Of a stretch of 64,000 nt of DNA, positions 19,298-29,502 are shown in pieces (position 1 is the first letter of the stretch; every line of letters starts with the position of its first letter). The stretch is taken from assembly GCA_903825245.1 (NCBI GenBank), contig CAIJZX010000012.1:12059-76058 (forward strand). The letters are read 5' to 3'. The translations under genes were made by a program, and so were the position numbers. Below the pieces are notes generated by a model. That model saw only the letters and a list, made by a program, of their open reading frames with translations. It ran no database searches and was not told where the DNA came from. The stretch is from Candidatus Kerfeldbacteria bacterium (GTDB taxonomy: Bacteria > Patescibacteriota > Patescibacteriia > SBBC01 > CAIJZX01).

Positions 19298-20934
19298 TTT
19301 GTTTTTTTTCGCTGAATACCAGCCCGAAGCAAGCCGACGAACAATGGATGCGGCTGCAACGGATGGGAGAGAAATTCCGGGTGGAATTGTGTACCGACAA
19401 ACCACGGATGGCTTGGTAATTCCAGAATTTCTACCAATTGACGCTTTGGTTCCACGCCGGCAATTACCATTCCGGCTCGTTCAAAGTCCTGTCGATAACG
19501 ATTCTGAAATTCATAGCGATGGCGATGCCGTTCGATCACTTGCCGCCGGTCATACATTGCCGCAGTTTTTGTTGTGGACGTCAATCGGCACGGATACGCC
19601 CCCAGTCGCATCGAACCGCCCAAATGATGTTCCTTCATTAGCCGTTCTTGTTCCGGTAACAGATCAATCACCGGATGCTTCGTTGCGACATCCACTTCCG
19701 TCGTATTCGCATCACGCCATTTCAATACGTGACGGGCAAATTCGACAGCCATGAGTTGCATGCCGTAACACAAACCGAGAATTGGGATAGCCTGTTGACG
19801 AGCATATTGAATGACAGCGATTTTTCCTTCCACACCGCGTGAACCGAAACCGCCAGGAATTATCAGCGCATGAAAAGCTCGCAATTCCTTCAGTGATGCT
19901 ATATTCGTTTCGTATTGTTCGGCGTTGAGCCAGGTAATTTCCACCGGGCGGCGCAGCGACCAAGCTGCATGCTTAACGGCCTCAATCACCGACAGGTAGG
20001 AATCGCTCAAGGTGAATGTTCCTGACGCAAAATACTTTCCGACAATACCGACGCGTAACGGTTCAGCTGTCGACATACTATGTCGAACAAATGTTTTCCA
20101 TTGTTGTAAATCTCGCCGACGAGCCGGCATCTTGAACTTCGTTAAAATCTTTTCTGCCAACCGCTCTTTTTCAAAATTCAGTGGGATATGATAAATATTT
20201 TTTACATCCGGCGCGGAAATAATATCTTCCGGGCGCATATTACAATTGATTGATAATTTTTCTTTTCGTGGTGCATCGAGTGGCACTGCTCCGCGACCAA
20301 GGATGAAATCCGGCTGGATACCCGCGGCATTGAGGGTTCGAACTGCATACTGCGTCGGCTTGGTCTTCATTTCTCCAAGCTGACCGGGTATTGGTAAATA
20401 ACTTAACAGGACGAATTGAACGCGTCCGGGCATGCGTAAATGCATCATACGCGCTGCTTCCAAAAACAGCATATTCTGATATTCGCCAACAGTCCCGCCG
20501 ATTTCAACAATATGAATATCTGAACGGTTGACGCGCGCCGCAGTCGTAATCCGATGAATGACTTCCTCTGGCACGTGTGGAACAACCTCCACGCACTTTC
20601 CGTTGTACCCCAGCGCCCGTTCGCGTTCAATCACTGACAAATAGACCTGACCGGTAGTCATGTAATCATGGCGCGTTAATTCCGTATCTAAGAAACGTTC
20701 GTAATTGCCAATATCCTGATCGGTTTCGAGGCCATCCGCGGTAACAAATACCTCGCCATGCTCGGTAGGATTCATCGTCCCGGCATCAACATTGATATAC
20801 GGATCGATTTTCATCGCCGCCACACGGTAGCCACGGCTCTTCAGTAGTAATCCGATCGAGGAAACGGCAATCCCCTTCCCCAATCCAGACAACACTCCAC
20901 CGACAACAAAAATATAACGCGTCTGTTTAGCCAT
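19294..20934 (-). CDS. pyrG: CTP synthase
   Basis: GGVLSGLGKG, KIDPYINVDAGTM, KTKPTQ, GLCYGMQ, ERHRHRYE, FHPEF. Confidence 0.97.
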   Translation of the reverse strand: MAKQTRYIFVVGGVLSGLGKGIAVSSIGLLLKSRGYRVAAMKIDPYINVDAGTMNPTEHGEVFVTADGLETDQDIGNYERFLDTELTRHDYMTTGQVYLSVIERERALGYNGKCVEVVPHVPEEVIHRITTAARVNRSDIHIVEIGGTVGEYQNMLFLEAARMMHLRMPGRVQFVLLSYLPIPGQLGEMKTKPTQYAVRTLNAAGIQPDFILGRGAVPLDAPRKEKLSINCNMRPEDIISAPDVKNIYHIPLNFEKERLAEKILTKFKMPARRRDLQQWKTFVRHSMSTAEPLRVGIVGKYFASGTFTLSDSYLSVIEAVKHAAWSLRRPVEITWLNAEQYETNIASLKELRAFHALIIPGGFGSRGVEGKIAVIQYARQQAIPILGLCYGMQLMAVEFARHVLKWRDANTTEVDVATKHPVIDLLPEQERLMKEHHLGGSMRLGAYPCRLTSTTKTAAMYDRRQVIERHRHRYEFQNRYRQDFERAGMVIAGVEPKRQLVEILELPSHPWFVGTQFHPEFLSHPLQPHPLFVGLLRAGIQRKKTK

Positions 20935-21367
20935 GGATAACCTCAACAGTTATTGGAATACTCTGACCGGCAATCTTCAGTTGTAACGTGTGCCGACCAA
21001 GTGTCTTCACATGATCCGGTTCACACCTACCATCAATCATTGGTACGTTCAGTTGTTTTTGCAGCGCAGCAATAATTGCTGACGACTTAATAGCTGCGAA
21101 TAATCTCCCTTGTGCATTTGCCTTGCCGATGAGATGAATACTACTTGATTGCACCTGCCCCCGAAGCCGATTCAGGTCTGCCCGCAGCCGCTCCTCTTGA
21201 TGTTGGGCAGTAGCAACGAGACGAGCCTGATCGGCTAACACCTTGGTCGTCGCCAGAACGGCTATCTTCTTCGGCAACAAATAATTCCGCGCATACGCTT
21301 CGCTGACCTCGACGATGTCGTGCACCCGACCAAGTCCTGAAACAGCTTGTTCGAGTCGAACTTTCAT
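20927..21367 (-). CDS. rplI: 50S ribosomal protein L9
   Basis: GLGRVHDIVEVSEAYARNYLLP, GRLFAAI, KTLG. Confidence 0.92.
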   Translation of the reverse strand: MKVRLEQAVSGLGRVHDIVEVSEAYARNYLLPKKIAVLATTKVLADQARLVATAQHQEERLRADLNRLRGQVQSSSIHLIGKANAQGRLFAAIKSSAIIAALQKQLNVPMIDGRCEPDHVKTLGRHTLQLKIAGQSIPITVEVIHG

Positions 21368-22605
21368 GACTTTGGACTCAGGAGATCAAGCGCCGCTGTG
21401 CGTTGTGGATCGTCAGAAGTATCGGCTGTAGCCGCTGCTGCTTTGACCACCACGTCCGGGGTAATACCTTTTTCAGAAATTGACCGCCCCTTCGGGGTAT
21501 ACCATTTTGCGATCGTCAATTTCAGACTTGAGCCGTCAGCTAAAGTTTGATAATCCTGCACCGAGCCTTTGCCGAACGTCTGCTCACCGAGAATTGTTCC
21601 CCGACCAGAATCTTGTAGCGCACCAGCAACAATCTCCGAGGCCGATGCACTTCCGCCATTGACGAGCACTACGATTTTTCCCTTCGCGAGATCGGCTCGA
21701 CCATTCGCTGAGTATGAATTCTTTTTTCCATTCCGGTCAATTTCCGAAACCACCACGCCGGATGGCATGAATTCACTGGCGACGTCAATCGCTTGATCGA
21801 GATATCCGCCGGGATTATTTCGAACATCGAGCAGAATACCGTCGAGTGATGCAGCGTTAATGTTTTTTGCTTTCGTTCGTAATTGTGCGCCAGTATCTTG
21901 ATCAAAACTACTAATCGTGAACTCGGCGATTTTCTTACCGTTATAGGTTGTTACTTTTGCTTGAACCGAATCAACGGTGATCGATTCACGAGTAATGGTG
22001 TACGATTTTTGCTGCTGATCAGTTCCTCGCTGGATAGTTAATGTTACTGTGGTTCCTTGCTTCCCTCGAATGGCAGACACCACTGCATCAAGCGTCATAG
22101 CACTCGTATCTTTTCCATCCACAGTCACAATCATGTCGCCCGCCAACAAACCAGCTTTCTCCGCCGGCGATCCCGGCAATGGAGCAATAATCGTGACTTT
22201 ATTGTTTTTATACCCAACTTGCATCCCGACGCCCTCAAACGTTCCACTGATTTCCGATTGGAATTGCTTCGCCGTATCCGCATTCATGTATTCAGAATAT
22301 GGGTCGCCAAGTCCGGCTACCAAACCCGTCATCGCACCCTGAAGTAAGTCATGATCATTGACATTGGCGTTCACGTACTGCGTATGCACCTGGTTCCACA
22401 CTTGTAATAATTGCTGAAAATCCGCGCCTTTTGGCGCCGGGACGAGCTTACTGATCGCTGCACTGAGTGTCGTCGGTTCTTGTGAGTGTTGATCAACAAC
22501 AGTCACCAGAACACCAAGGACAAAACCAACAAGCAAGAGTAGAACGACGAAGAGCGGTCGGGTACTTTTTTTTACCGGTGACTTATGTTCGTTTGATGTC
22601 GGCAT
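21364..22605 (-). CDS. S41 carboxyl-terminal protease (CtpA-like, PDZ domain)
   Basis: LGDPYS, DVRNNPGG, SASASEI, TFGKGSVQ, GITPD. Confidence 0.92.
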   Translation of the reverse strand: MPTSNEHKSPVKKSTRPLFVVLLLLVGFVLGVLVTVVDQHSQEPTTLSAAISKLVPAPKGADFQQLLQVWNQVHTQYVNANVNDHDLLQGAMTGLVAGLGDPYSEYMNADTAKQFQSEISGTFEGVGMQVGYKNNKVTIIAPLPGSPAEKAGLLAGDMIVTVDGKDTSAMTLDAVVSAIRGKQGTTVTLTIQRGTDQQQKSYTITRESITVDSVQAKVTTYNGKKIAEFTISSFDQDTGAQLRTKAKNINAASLDGILLDVRNNPGGYLDQAIDVASEFMPSGVVVSEIDRNGKKNSYSANGRADLAKGKIVVLVNGGSASASEIVAGALQDSGRGTILGEQTFGKGSVQDYQTLADGSSLKLTIAKWYTPKGRSISEKGITPDVVVKAAAATADTSDDPQRTAALDLLSPKS

Positions 22606-23878
22606 GGAGTTGTTGTAAGCGAGTAACCAAGTCTTGATAACCACGATCAAGGTGCTCGACACCGGTCAGCATGGAAGTGCCGTTCGCCGTTAAAGCAGCG
22701 ATGAGATGTGCCATACCGGCGCGAATATCGGGAATAATAATTTCAGCTGGCTGAAGTTTTGTCGGCCCAATAATTTTACAACTGTGAACGTAACCATGGG
22801 CCCACCATCGACACGGTAACTCGCCCCAGCAATCTGTACTGGTCGTAATATTCGCACCCATAGCCACCAATGTTTTCGTGTATCCAAAGCGATCTTCATA
22901 AACAGTTTCGTGTACCGTCGATTGGCCTTGCGCTTGAGTCATGACGGTCACTAACGGTTGCTGCCAATCAGTCATATAACCAGGGTGTGTATCGGTTTCT
23001 ACCACCACGCCCTTCAAGGCTCCACGAGATACAAAACGAATGCCGGTCGGCAGCACCTCAAATTGCCCACCCATACGGCGGATGGTCGTTAAAAACGTAA
23101 TCAGATCGGCCTGGCGCGCCTCTTCGACAAAAATGTCGCCACCGGTAGCCAACGCGAGACATCCGAACGATGCCGCTTCAATCCGATCGGGAATAACGCG
23201 ATAGGTTGTACCGTGTAAACGCTCCACACCATCAATAATGAGCGTTCTATCAGTACCAAATTCAATAATCGCGCCCATCGTCTGTAACATCTGCATCAAA
23301 TCAATAACCTCCGGTTCAATAGCTGCATTGTGGAGAATTGTTCGGCCCTTGGCTAACACCGCTGCTAAGGCAATCGTTTCGGTTGCCCCAACGCTCGGAT
23401 ATGGTAACGTCAGTTCCGCCCCGTTCAAACGTTTTGCTACTGCTCGAAAACTATGATCCGTCGCTTCAACTTGTGCGCCCATGGCTTTAAGCGCTGCTAA
23501 ATGGTAATTGACCGGCCGTGGACCGATTGCATCGCCTCCTACGACCGGCACCTCTGCTTCGCCGGTGCGATTCACCAAAATACCCAACGTCAGTATCGGT
23601 AACCGATTTTTGCGGCTAAGTTGCGGAACTGTGTTGTGCTGGATGGTCGGCGTCTGAACCGTCCACCGATGACCATCTTTCGTAACCTGACCGCCGATCG
23701 AGGTAATAAGTTCTGCAGCAATATCGGTTTCTCCTAGGAGTGGGACGTTATCAATCGTCGACGGCTCATCACTCAACATCGTCGCCAACAGGATTTTTGA
23801 GGCAGCGTTCTTGGCGCCAGATAAAGTGATGGTGCCGTGGAGCGGTCGACCGCCGGAAACGGAAAAGGATTCGGGCAT
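22583..23878 (-). CDS. murA: UDP-N-acetylglucosamine 1-carboxyvinyltransferase
   Basis: SGAKNA, GGDAIGPRP, SVGATE, PDRIEA, TDWQ, DIRAG, HLDRGY. Confidence 0.95.
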   Translation of the reverse strand: MPESFSVSGGRPLHGTITLSGAKNAASKILLATMLSDEPSTIDNVPLLGETDIAAELITSIGGQVTKDGHRWTVQTPTIQHNTVPQLSRKNRLPILTLGILVNRTGEAEVPVVGGDAIGPRPVNYHLAALKAMGAQVEATDHSFRAVAKRLNGAELTLPYPSVGATETIALAAVLAKGRTILHNAAIEPEVIDLMQMLQTMGAIIEFGTDRTLIIDGVERLHGTTYRVIPDRIEAASFGCLALATGGDIFVEEARQADLITFLTTIRRMGGQFEVLPTGIRFVSRGALKGVVVETDTHPGYMTDWQQPLVTVMTQAQGQSTVHETVYEDRFGYTKTLVAMGANITTSTDCWGELPCRWWAHGYVHSCKIIGPTKLQPAEIIIPDIRAGMAHLIAALTANGTSMLTGVEHLDRGYQDLVTRLQQLHADIKRT

Positions 23879-23975
23879 GGTGACGATGTGGCGCAATATA
23901 TGGTAGACTTGCGGCGCTAGTACGACCGCAACGAAGGTATCCTAGCAGTCCACGACCACAGCGTCAACGCAAGCT

Positions 23976-25277
23976 ATGTCTCGAAATTTTCGCCGATTCT
24001 ATTCCGCTTTCGCCATTCTGATTTTTTGTATTAGTGCACCGATCGTTATCATCTGGACGAGTGGTTGGCGGTGGACTGGTTGGCATTCAGGTTTTTCCGC
24101 CACTGGCGCCGTTTATATTACCAGTTCTCCCCGAGCTACCGTCCTTCTCAACGGCCAACCACAAGGCCAAACACCGCAACACATCACGCATTTGCTGCCC
24201 GGCGTCTACACCGTCGAACTACAACGATCTGGTTACAGTGTCTGGCGACACACCATCCGAGTAGCAGGAAAAGTAGCCCAGGTGATCGGTCCGGTACAAC
24301 TCTTCCCCGCAAGTTTCTCAGTCAATGATTTGCCACTTTCCGAAGCACAGACGGTACTGGCTACATCCGACCATCAAAGTATTTTCCGTATTCTGGTACA
24401 CGACACAACCTGGCAGGTGGCAGAAGTGTGGCCAACGAGCGGCGCACTACTTACACTGCAGCATCAACCCACCGCAGTCAGTGGCAGCAACAATCAACAG
24501 AACCTCGCCTTCTGGCAATCTGGTCAAGCAACCATCATCACTAAACAACCGTCCGATCCGTGGATAGTTGATGTCGACGATGTTCCAGTTTGGGACACGT
24601 CATCGAGCAGTGTTTGTTATGGTTTGTCAGCTGGCCATGTCGTACGATTTGACACACTACAGCGAACAACTACTGTTCTTGGCGAAGCAACATCGTTTGT
24701 CCTCGACGGTGATGTGGTGTGGGCTACTATCAGCACCGCCACGACAACCAATGTGACTCGTCAACAAACCTTCGGCCAAGATACGGCCACAACCGTACTG
24801 CAGCGCGATGGATCGTGGCTTTTTTTACCACTCGCCGGCGCTGTCGCCATCCACAACACTGTTGATCAAACTACTATTACCTTGCAGTATGATGCGATCA
24901 CACACCGAGCAACCACCACGACGCTCGGCGCTGCCGACTCGGTGTGGTGGCCGGATACACACCAACCGCCACTATGGATTTCTGGCGCCGATCTTTCGAC
25001 CATTAATCAAAAAGGAGTCCCGCAGTTGATCGACCGGTTTGCCGCACCAACGCTCTTCGCTCAGTGGATTGATCCACAAAATATTTTGCTGACTATCGAC
25101 GACCATACAGTACATATCCAAAGCGTCAGCGATCAACAAGGGCGAAGTACTCTCCTTGAACGTACATTTGACGAACATATTCAGATTCTTGGTATCGACC
25201 TCAATCAACAGCAACTTCTGATCCGACTCATCGGTCAACCCGATCGTGTCGTGGTCGTATCGTGGCGAGTATCATAA
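23976..25277 (+). CDS. PEGA-domain membrane-anchored protein
   Basis: N-terminal TM, then ITSSPRATVLLNG...GQTP...LLPGVYTVELQRSGY. Confidence 0.75.
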   Translation: MSRNFRRFYSAFAILIFCISAPIVIIWTSGWRWTGWHSGFSATGAVYITSSPRATVLLNGQPQGQTPQHITHLLPGVYTVELQRSGYSVWRHTIRVAGKVAQVIGPVQLFPASFSVNDLPLSEAQTVLATSDHQSIFRILVHDTTWQVAEVWPTSGALLTLQHQPTAVSGSNNQQNLAFWQSGQATIITKQPSDPWIVDVDDVPVWDTSSSSVCYGLSAGHVVRFDTLQRTTTVLGEATSFVLDGDVVWATISTATTTNVTRQQTFGQDTATTVLQRDGSWLFLPLAGAVAIHNTVDQTTITLQYDAITHRATTTTLGAADSVWWPDTHQPPLWISGADLSTINQKGVPQLIDRFAAPTLFAQWIDPQNILLTIDDHTVHIQSVSDQQGRSTLLERTFDEHIQILGIDLNQQQLLIRLIGQPDRVVVVSWRVS

Positions 25278-25447
25278 TGTTCCGATGGTACCAGTAGGAC
25301 AAGCGATATCACTGCCAAGACCATCAACCAGATCCAACCGAAAGACAGACCAAGTGAGACAAAGCCCGGACGCCACTGCTCCAGCGCAGTTATTATCGCC
25401 AAGCCGACAATATTGATCGCTACCGTGTATTCTTGGAAACGAGTCAT
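25235..25447 (-). CDS. Small 2-TM protein with an RPGFV motif
   Basis: ATGA overlap with the upstream gene. Resembles the 27478-27909 protein. Confidence 0.65.
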   Translation of the reverse strand: MTRFQEYTVAINIVGLAIITALEQWRPGFVSLGLSFGWIWLMVLAVISLVLLVPSEHYDTRHDTTTTRSG

Positions 25448-25908
25448 GGCGTAAGTGTTAGATTGATGTCGCGCAATTGAACCGACGTATCAACCGCTGA
25501 AACGGTTACTTTGAATGCCCGCGTCGCGACCGCGAGCGTCGACCAATCAAGGTCCACCTCCGCCGGCTGGCCGGCCGCAACGGTTTTCATCGTTGCGCTC
25601 AATCCGGCTCGCGAAGGAACGGTGACCGTCAAAAATCCGTCAGAAGCAACAGTTGAGATCGACAGTGTCCCGTGAGAAAATTTTCGCGGCACCACCACCA
25701 GAAACGACGTCGATGCGTTCGTCACCATGACATCCTTTCCCATAGTCGGTATTTTCTGCCATCGAAACATAGCTGACGATTGATGAAGATTGTGCCAACG
25801 AAATAGCACTGGACTCGGCCAGAGGAGATTTGCTCTCGCGACAACAACGGCCACAACCAACCATAGTGCCACCGTGAAACCAAACAGAATGGGTGTGCGG
25901 TACTTCAT
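25444..25908 (-). CDS. Membrane-anchored hypothetical protein
   Basis: N-terminal TM and a beta-rich body. Start overlaps the upstream stop. Confidence 0.7.
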   Translation of the reverse strand: MKYRTPILFGFTVALWLVVAVVVARANLLWPSPVLFRWHNLHQSSAMFRWQKIPTMGKDVMVTNASTSFLVVVPRKFSHGTLSISTVASDGFLTVTVPSRAGLSATMKTVAAGQPAEVDLDWSTLAVATRAFKVTVSAVDTSVQLRDINLTLTP

Positions 25909-27512
25909 AGCGGCGTGATTTTCCAAACCGAATCTTTATCGAACGCTTGTTGTATCGTCACCGTCAGGCCGTAGCTATTCATCACACTCGCATCCGGCGT
26001 ACCGACCGGTTCATAGACATACACCGGGCGCTGTTGCACCAGCGTGCGTAAGGCTTGCCACTCTGCCACATTCGTCGGCAACTGAAAGAGCGCCAATCGA
26101 TCGCCTTGGATATATTTATCGGCGGCTCCGGCGATAACCACACTCCCCGGCTCAGTAACTCGAAGAATATTCTGCCGTGTTATCTGATGAAGTTGATCTG
26201 CAGAAAAACGTGCTTGTAAGCCGGATACCGGGTGTTGCCAAATCGTCCATCCTTGCGAAAACAACATCACCGCGGCCACAACGACCACCAACCATCGCCG
26301 GGTAAATAATCTCAAGGTAATGATAACGCCGGGCACCAGCATGACATACAACGACAACCAGTATCGTGCGTAAGACGCCAGCGCACCGACATCTCCGGAC
26401 GGCGTGGTCGGATACAGATTCCAGCACCCGTAGTAAACCAGCGGAAAAATCGCAATGAGGCTCATGACCGACAACTTGAACGACTTTGACCAGGTCACGT
26501 ATTTCCTTCGAAAATACCGACTAATCGCAATCAGCCCCATCAAGGACCAAGTAGGAAGTAGGAGAATGAAATACCACCAGGTCGACGACAGCCAGTGCCA
26601 GCTCCAACCGCCTGGCGGCGTGAAGAGTGTTTTTGCCGGCGCCGCCACGGAAGCAACCGCATTGACGCTATCGGTAAAAACGCCGCTTGGTGTGTACCCC
26701 GACGATAGGAAAGAACCGTAGATGGCATGATTGGCTAACAGCCACGGCATCTGAACGAACAATGTTACCACGCCAACCACGATTAACTCTCGCCAGAGCT
26801 TCCGCGCAAGCAGAACAATAATAATTGCTGGCGCCGTCCAAAGCACTTCGACTGGGCGAAAGAACAGTGCTAGCCCAAACGCCGCACCGCTGACGACGGC
26901 GAACCAAAACCTCGGGCGTTCGAGTAAACGTAAGAGTGCCCATCCAGCAATCATCAATCCGGCCACGAACGCGCCGTTGTGCATGTACGGCAAGGTGGCA
27001 AATTCGAACAACGCCGGATGCAAAGCGAGGAGAACAACACCGAGTAATGACCACCACCGTCCCCAGAAGCGCCGAAAGACGTCATACATCGCCAACAATG
27101 CGCCCAACATCAAGAGTGGTATCAGAAAACGTTCCGCGCCGAGACCGAAGAGTTTTGCTATCAAAGCGCCAGCTTGAATGAGCCCCAGAAAGCTCCCTGA
27201 GGCCAAATCTTGGCCTACGACAGCGATACTCCGCGGATGCACAAAAGAGACCATAGCGGCCGTCAACCCTTCACTCAAGCGATACGAACCGGTCTGAGCG
27301 AGATGCTGAATGAATAACCGATTCGCCGCTTCATCCGGCGAGCCGACAGTTTGCGTCTTCGTTACGATCCACCCCGTCAGCACGATCCACCCGATAATCA
27401 GCAGACCCGCTGTCAGGCGAAACGCCAACGACGGCCGCGTTAGATCGTGATACGGCGCGGCATACCACCGCTCCTTGCTATTCGGAGGATTCTGGGTCGT
27501 CGTCTCGGTCAT
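25905..27512 (-). CDS. GT-C-like multi-pass glycosyltransferase
   Basis: SPDEAAN acidic loop after TM1, many TM helices, FFRP, RYWL. Confidence 0.65.
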   Translation of the reverse strand: MTETTTQNPPNSKERWYAAPYHDLTRPSLAFRLTAGLLIIGWIVLTGWIVTKTQTVGSPDEAANRLFIQHLAQTGSYRLSEGLTAAMVSFVHPRSIAVVGQDLASGSFLGLIQAGALIAKLFGLGAERFLIPLLMLGALLAMYDVFRRFWGRWWSLLGVVLLALHPALFEFATLPYMHNGAFVAGLMIAGWALLRLLERPRFWFAVVSGAAFGLALFFRPVEVLWTAPAIIIVLLARKLWRELIVVGVVTLFVQMPWLLANHAIYGSFLSSGYTPSGVFTDSVNAVASVAAPAKTLFTPPGGWSWHWLSSTWWYFILLLPTWSLMGLIAISRYFRRKYVTWSKSFKLSVMSLIAIFPLVYYGCWNLYPTTPSGDVGALASYARYWLSLYVMLVPGVIITLRLFTRRWLVVVVAAVMLFSQGWTIWQHPVSGLQARFSADQLHQITRQNILRVTEPGSVVIAGAADKYIQGDRLALFQLPTNVAEWQALRTLVQQRPVYVYEPVGTPDASVMNSYGLTVTIQQAFDKDSVWKITPL

Positions 27513-27909
27513 AGTAGACAAGCAGTGACAAACCAAGAACAATCAGTCCGGACAACGGCGCGATGACTCGAACTAACCAACCGACTGACGATGTTTTATA
27601 CCACACCACCGCCACTGTCCCGATTGCCAGTAGACCCATCCAAACAAAGTCTTTCCACGTTGGTTTTGAGAGTAACTTTTTTGATTCCGGCACAATCGCG
27701 GGCCAAACACTTGAAAGAACACCGGTGATGATGGCCGCCCACAAGAAGGAATCGAGGTTGTAGAAAAAAGTAACGAATCCCGGACGAAGGTTTTCAATGA
27801 GATACAAACCAAGATAACTGACGAGTGTTACTTGAAACACAAATGATAAGATATCGCGGGTTTCTTTAGCACTGAGCGGCCAGGGAATAGAAAACGTTAC
27901 GCGACGCAT
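27478..27909 (-). CDS. 4-TM membrane protein with an RPGFV motif
   Basis: Hydrophobic segments, operon context. Confidence 0.7.
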   Translation of the reverse strand: MRRVTFSIPWPLSAKETRDILSFVFQVTLVSYLGLYLIENLRPGFVTFFYNLDSFLWAAIITGVLSSVWPAIVPESKKLLSKPTWKDFVWMGLLAIGTVAVVWYKTSSVGWLVRVIAPLSGLIVLGLSLLVYYDRDDDPESSE

Positions 27910-27911
27910 GG

Positions 27912-29477
27912 TTATTTCATCAAATGGAGTTTCTGAAAGACCTTTTTCCACGGGAACACACCGCGTACCAGGGTAACACGAATATCGCGAAGTCCGAGTG
28001 TTGCACCGGAAGCTTGCATGCCCGGCGAGTCAATACTGAACGTTAACGTTTTCCCGAGCAATGAAAGATTGTCCAAAGTATATGTTTGGTCGGCCTGTAA
28101 CGTACCACTCGTATTCGGAACGTAATCGGCTAAAATGTAATCGACGGCGCTAACATCAGGTGTCGCAGAGGAAACATCAATTCCACGGGCGCCATCAGGG
28201 ATGAGTTGTGTACCACCGAATGAGAGTAATCCGTCACTAGTCACTATAATGTCGCCTTTCGGGATATCAATCGTTGTTGTTCCGGTTAATTTACTCACCA
28301 CGTGGTTGACTTTTACATCCTGAACAGTGACTTTAGTACCAGCGATTGCGACGTCTTGTTTACCTTGATCATGATTGGCTGCCACTGTTACTGATGTACC
28401 GTTCGATTGCAAAACAACCGGTGTGTACAACGATTGGCCATATGCTAGACCTTCAGCCAGGTACACTCGACCGTTAAATGAAATATCATGCTGTGCACTG
28501 GAAAAATTCGCCAACAATACATCGTCGCTGGCGCTAATATCAATAAAGTAAATACCCGGCGTGACTTTTGGAATATTGATCACGACCGGCTGGGATTTGC
28601 CGTGGATCCCCTCTTTACCAGTTAACCCGTCATCACCGACTGTTATGGACTTGATCCACGTCCGACCATCGGCAGTTGCATCGGCCACTTTTGCCACACG
28701 AATGGTTACCATGTCAGCTCCCATTGCACGATTAAGGTCTATTTTATCGAACGAAAGTTTTAAATCTTCATTGGCCGCATAAACATACAATTGGTGACTG
28801 CCACGAAGTGTATGATTAAAAGTAACCGGCGAGGTGCTTGGCTTATAGTTACTCACTGTTGCAAAGGCCATCCGATCGACGCCGACTAATCCGACACTAC
28901 TCATTGCCGGCGGATTAGCCCGGAAAGCGTCAACCGAGTCATATTGGACGACTGTTCGCTCGGTGGTAATCGTTTTCGTGACCGCCCTTTTTCCTGTTCC
29001 GGTCGTTATCTTCTCTTCGGTGACATGCTTATCGCGCATCCATAACGTCAGATTACCAGTCGTGACATGTCTCCAGGAGAGGGTATCCAAACTCGCGGCT
29101 TTGATAACCTTTTTGATGTTTAATCCTTTTGCACCGGAAGCAGTTAAAGCGATGTAGGACTGGGTTCCCGGATCAAGTTGTACACAAATGCGCACCGCTT
29201 CGATGAGGCGCGGGATTGTGACGTTAAATACGAAATTATCGACTGAAATGCGCCACTTGAGCACTGAATCAGCTGTTTTGAGAAGTTGGTTAGGAGTTTG
29301 TGGATGAACGGCTTGGGTTTTGCTACCAGGCTTGTACATGTAGTTGAGCGTGCGGCTAAAGAAAATATGGTCGTTTATTAAAGAAACGAAAATCCAAATC
29401 GGAATCAAGACGACTACCACTTTTATAATATGTAGCCAGGGGAAAGTTTTTCTATGTCTCAAGATATGCCAATGCAT
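27912..29477 (-). CDS. Large membrane-anchored beta-rich hypothetical protein
   Basis: 521 aa ORF with an N-terminal TM. Confidence 0.75.
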   Translation of the reverse strand: MHWHILRHRKTFPWLHIIKVVVVLIPIWIFVSLINDHIFFSRTLNYMYKPGSKTQAVHPQTPNQLLKTADSVLKWRISVDNFVFNVTIPRLIEAVRICVQLDPGTQSYIALTASGAKGLNIKKVIKAASLDTLSWRHVTTGNLTLWMRDKHVTEEKITTGTGKRAVTKTITTERTVVQYDSVDAFRANPPAMSSVGLVGVDRMAFATVSNYKPSTSPVTFNHTLRGSHQLYVYAANEDLKLSFDKIDLNRAMGADMVTIRVAKVADATADGRTWIKSITVGDDGLTGKEGIHGKSQPVVINIPKVTPGIYFIDISASDDVLLANFSSAQHDISFNGRVYLAEGLAYGQSLYTPVVLQSNGTSVTVAANHDQGKQDVAIAGTKVTVQDVKVNHVVSKLTGTTTIDIPKGDIIVTSDGLLSFGGTQLIPDGARGIDVSSATPDVSAVDYILADYVPNTSGTLQADQTYTLDNLSLLGKTLTFSIDSPGMQASGATLGLRDIRVTLVRGVFPWKKVFQKLHLMK

Positions 29478-29502
29478 AGTTAATTCTTATCAGTACCAGA
29501 AA

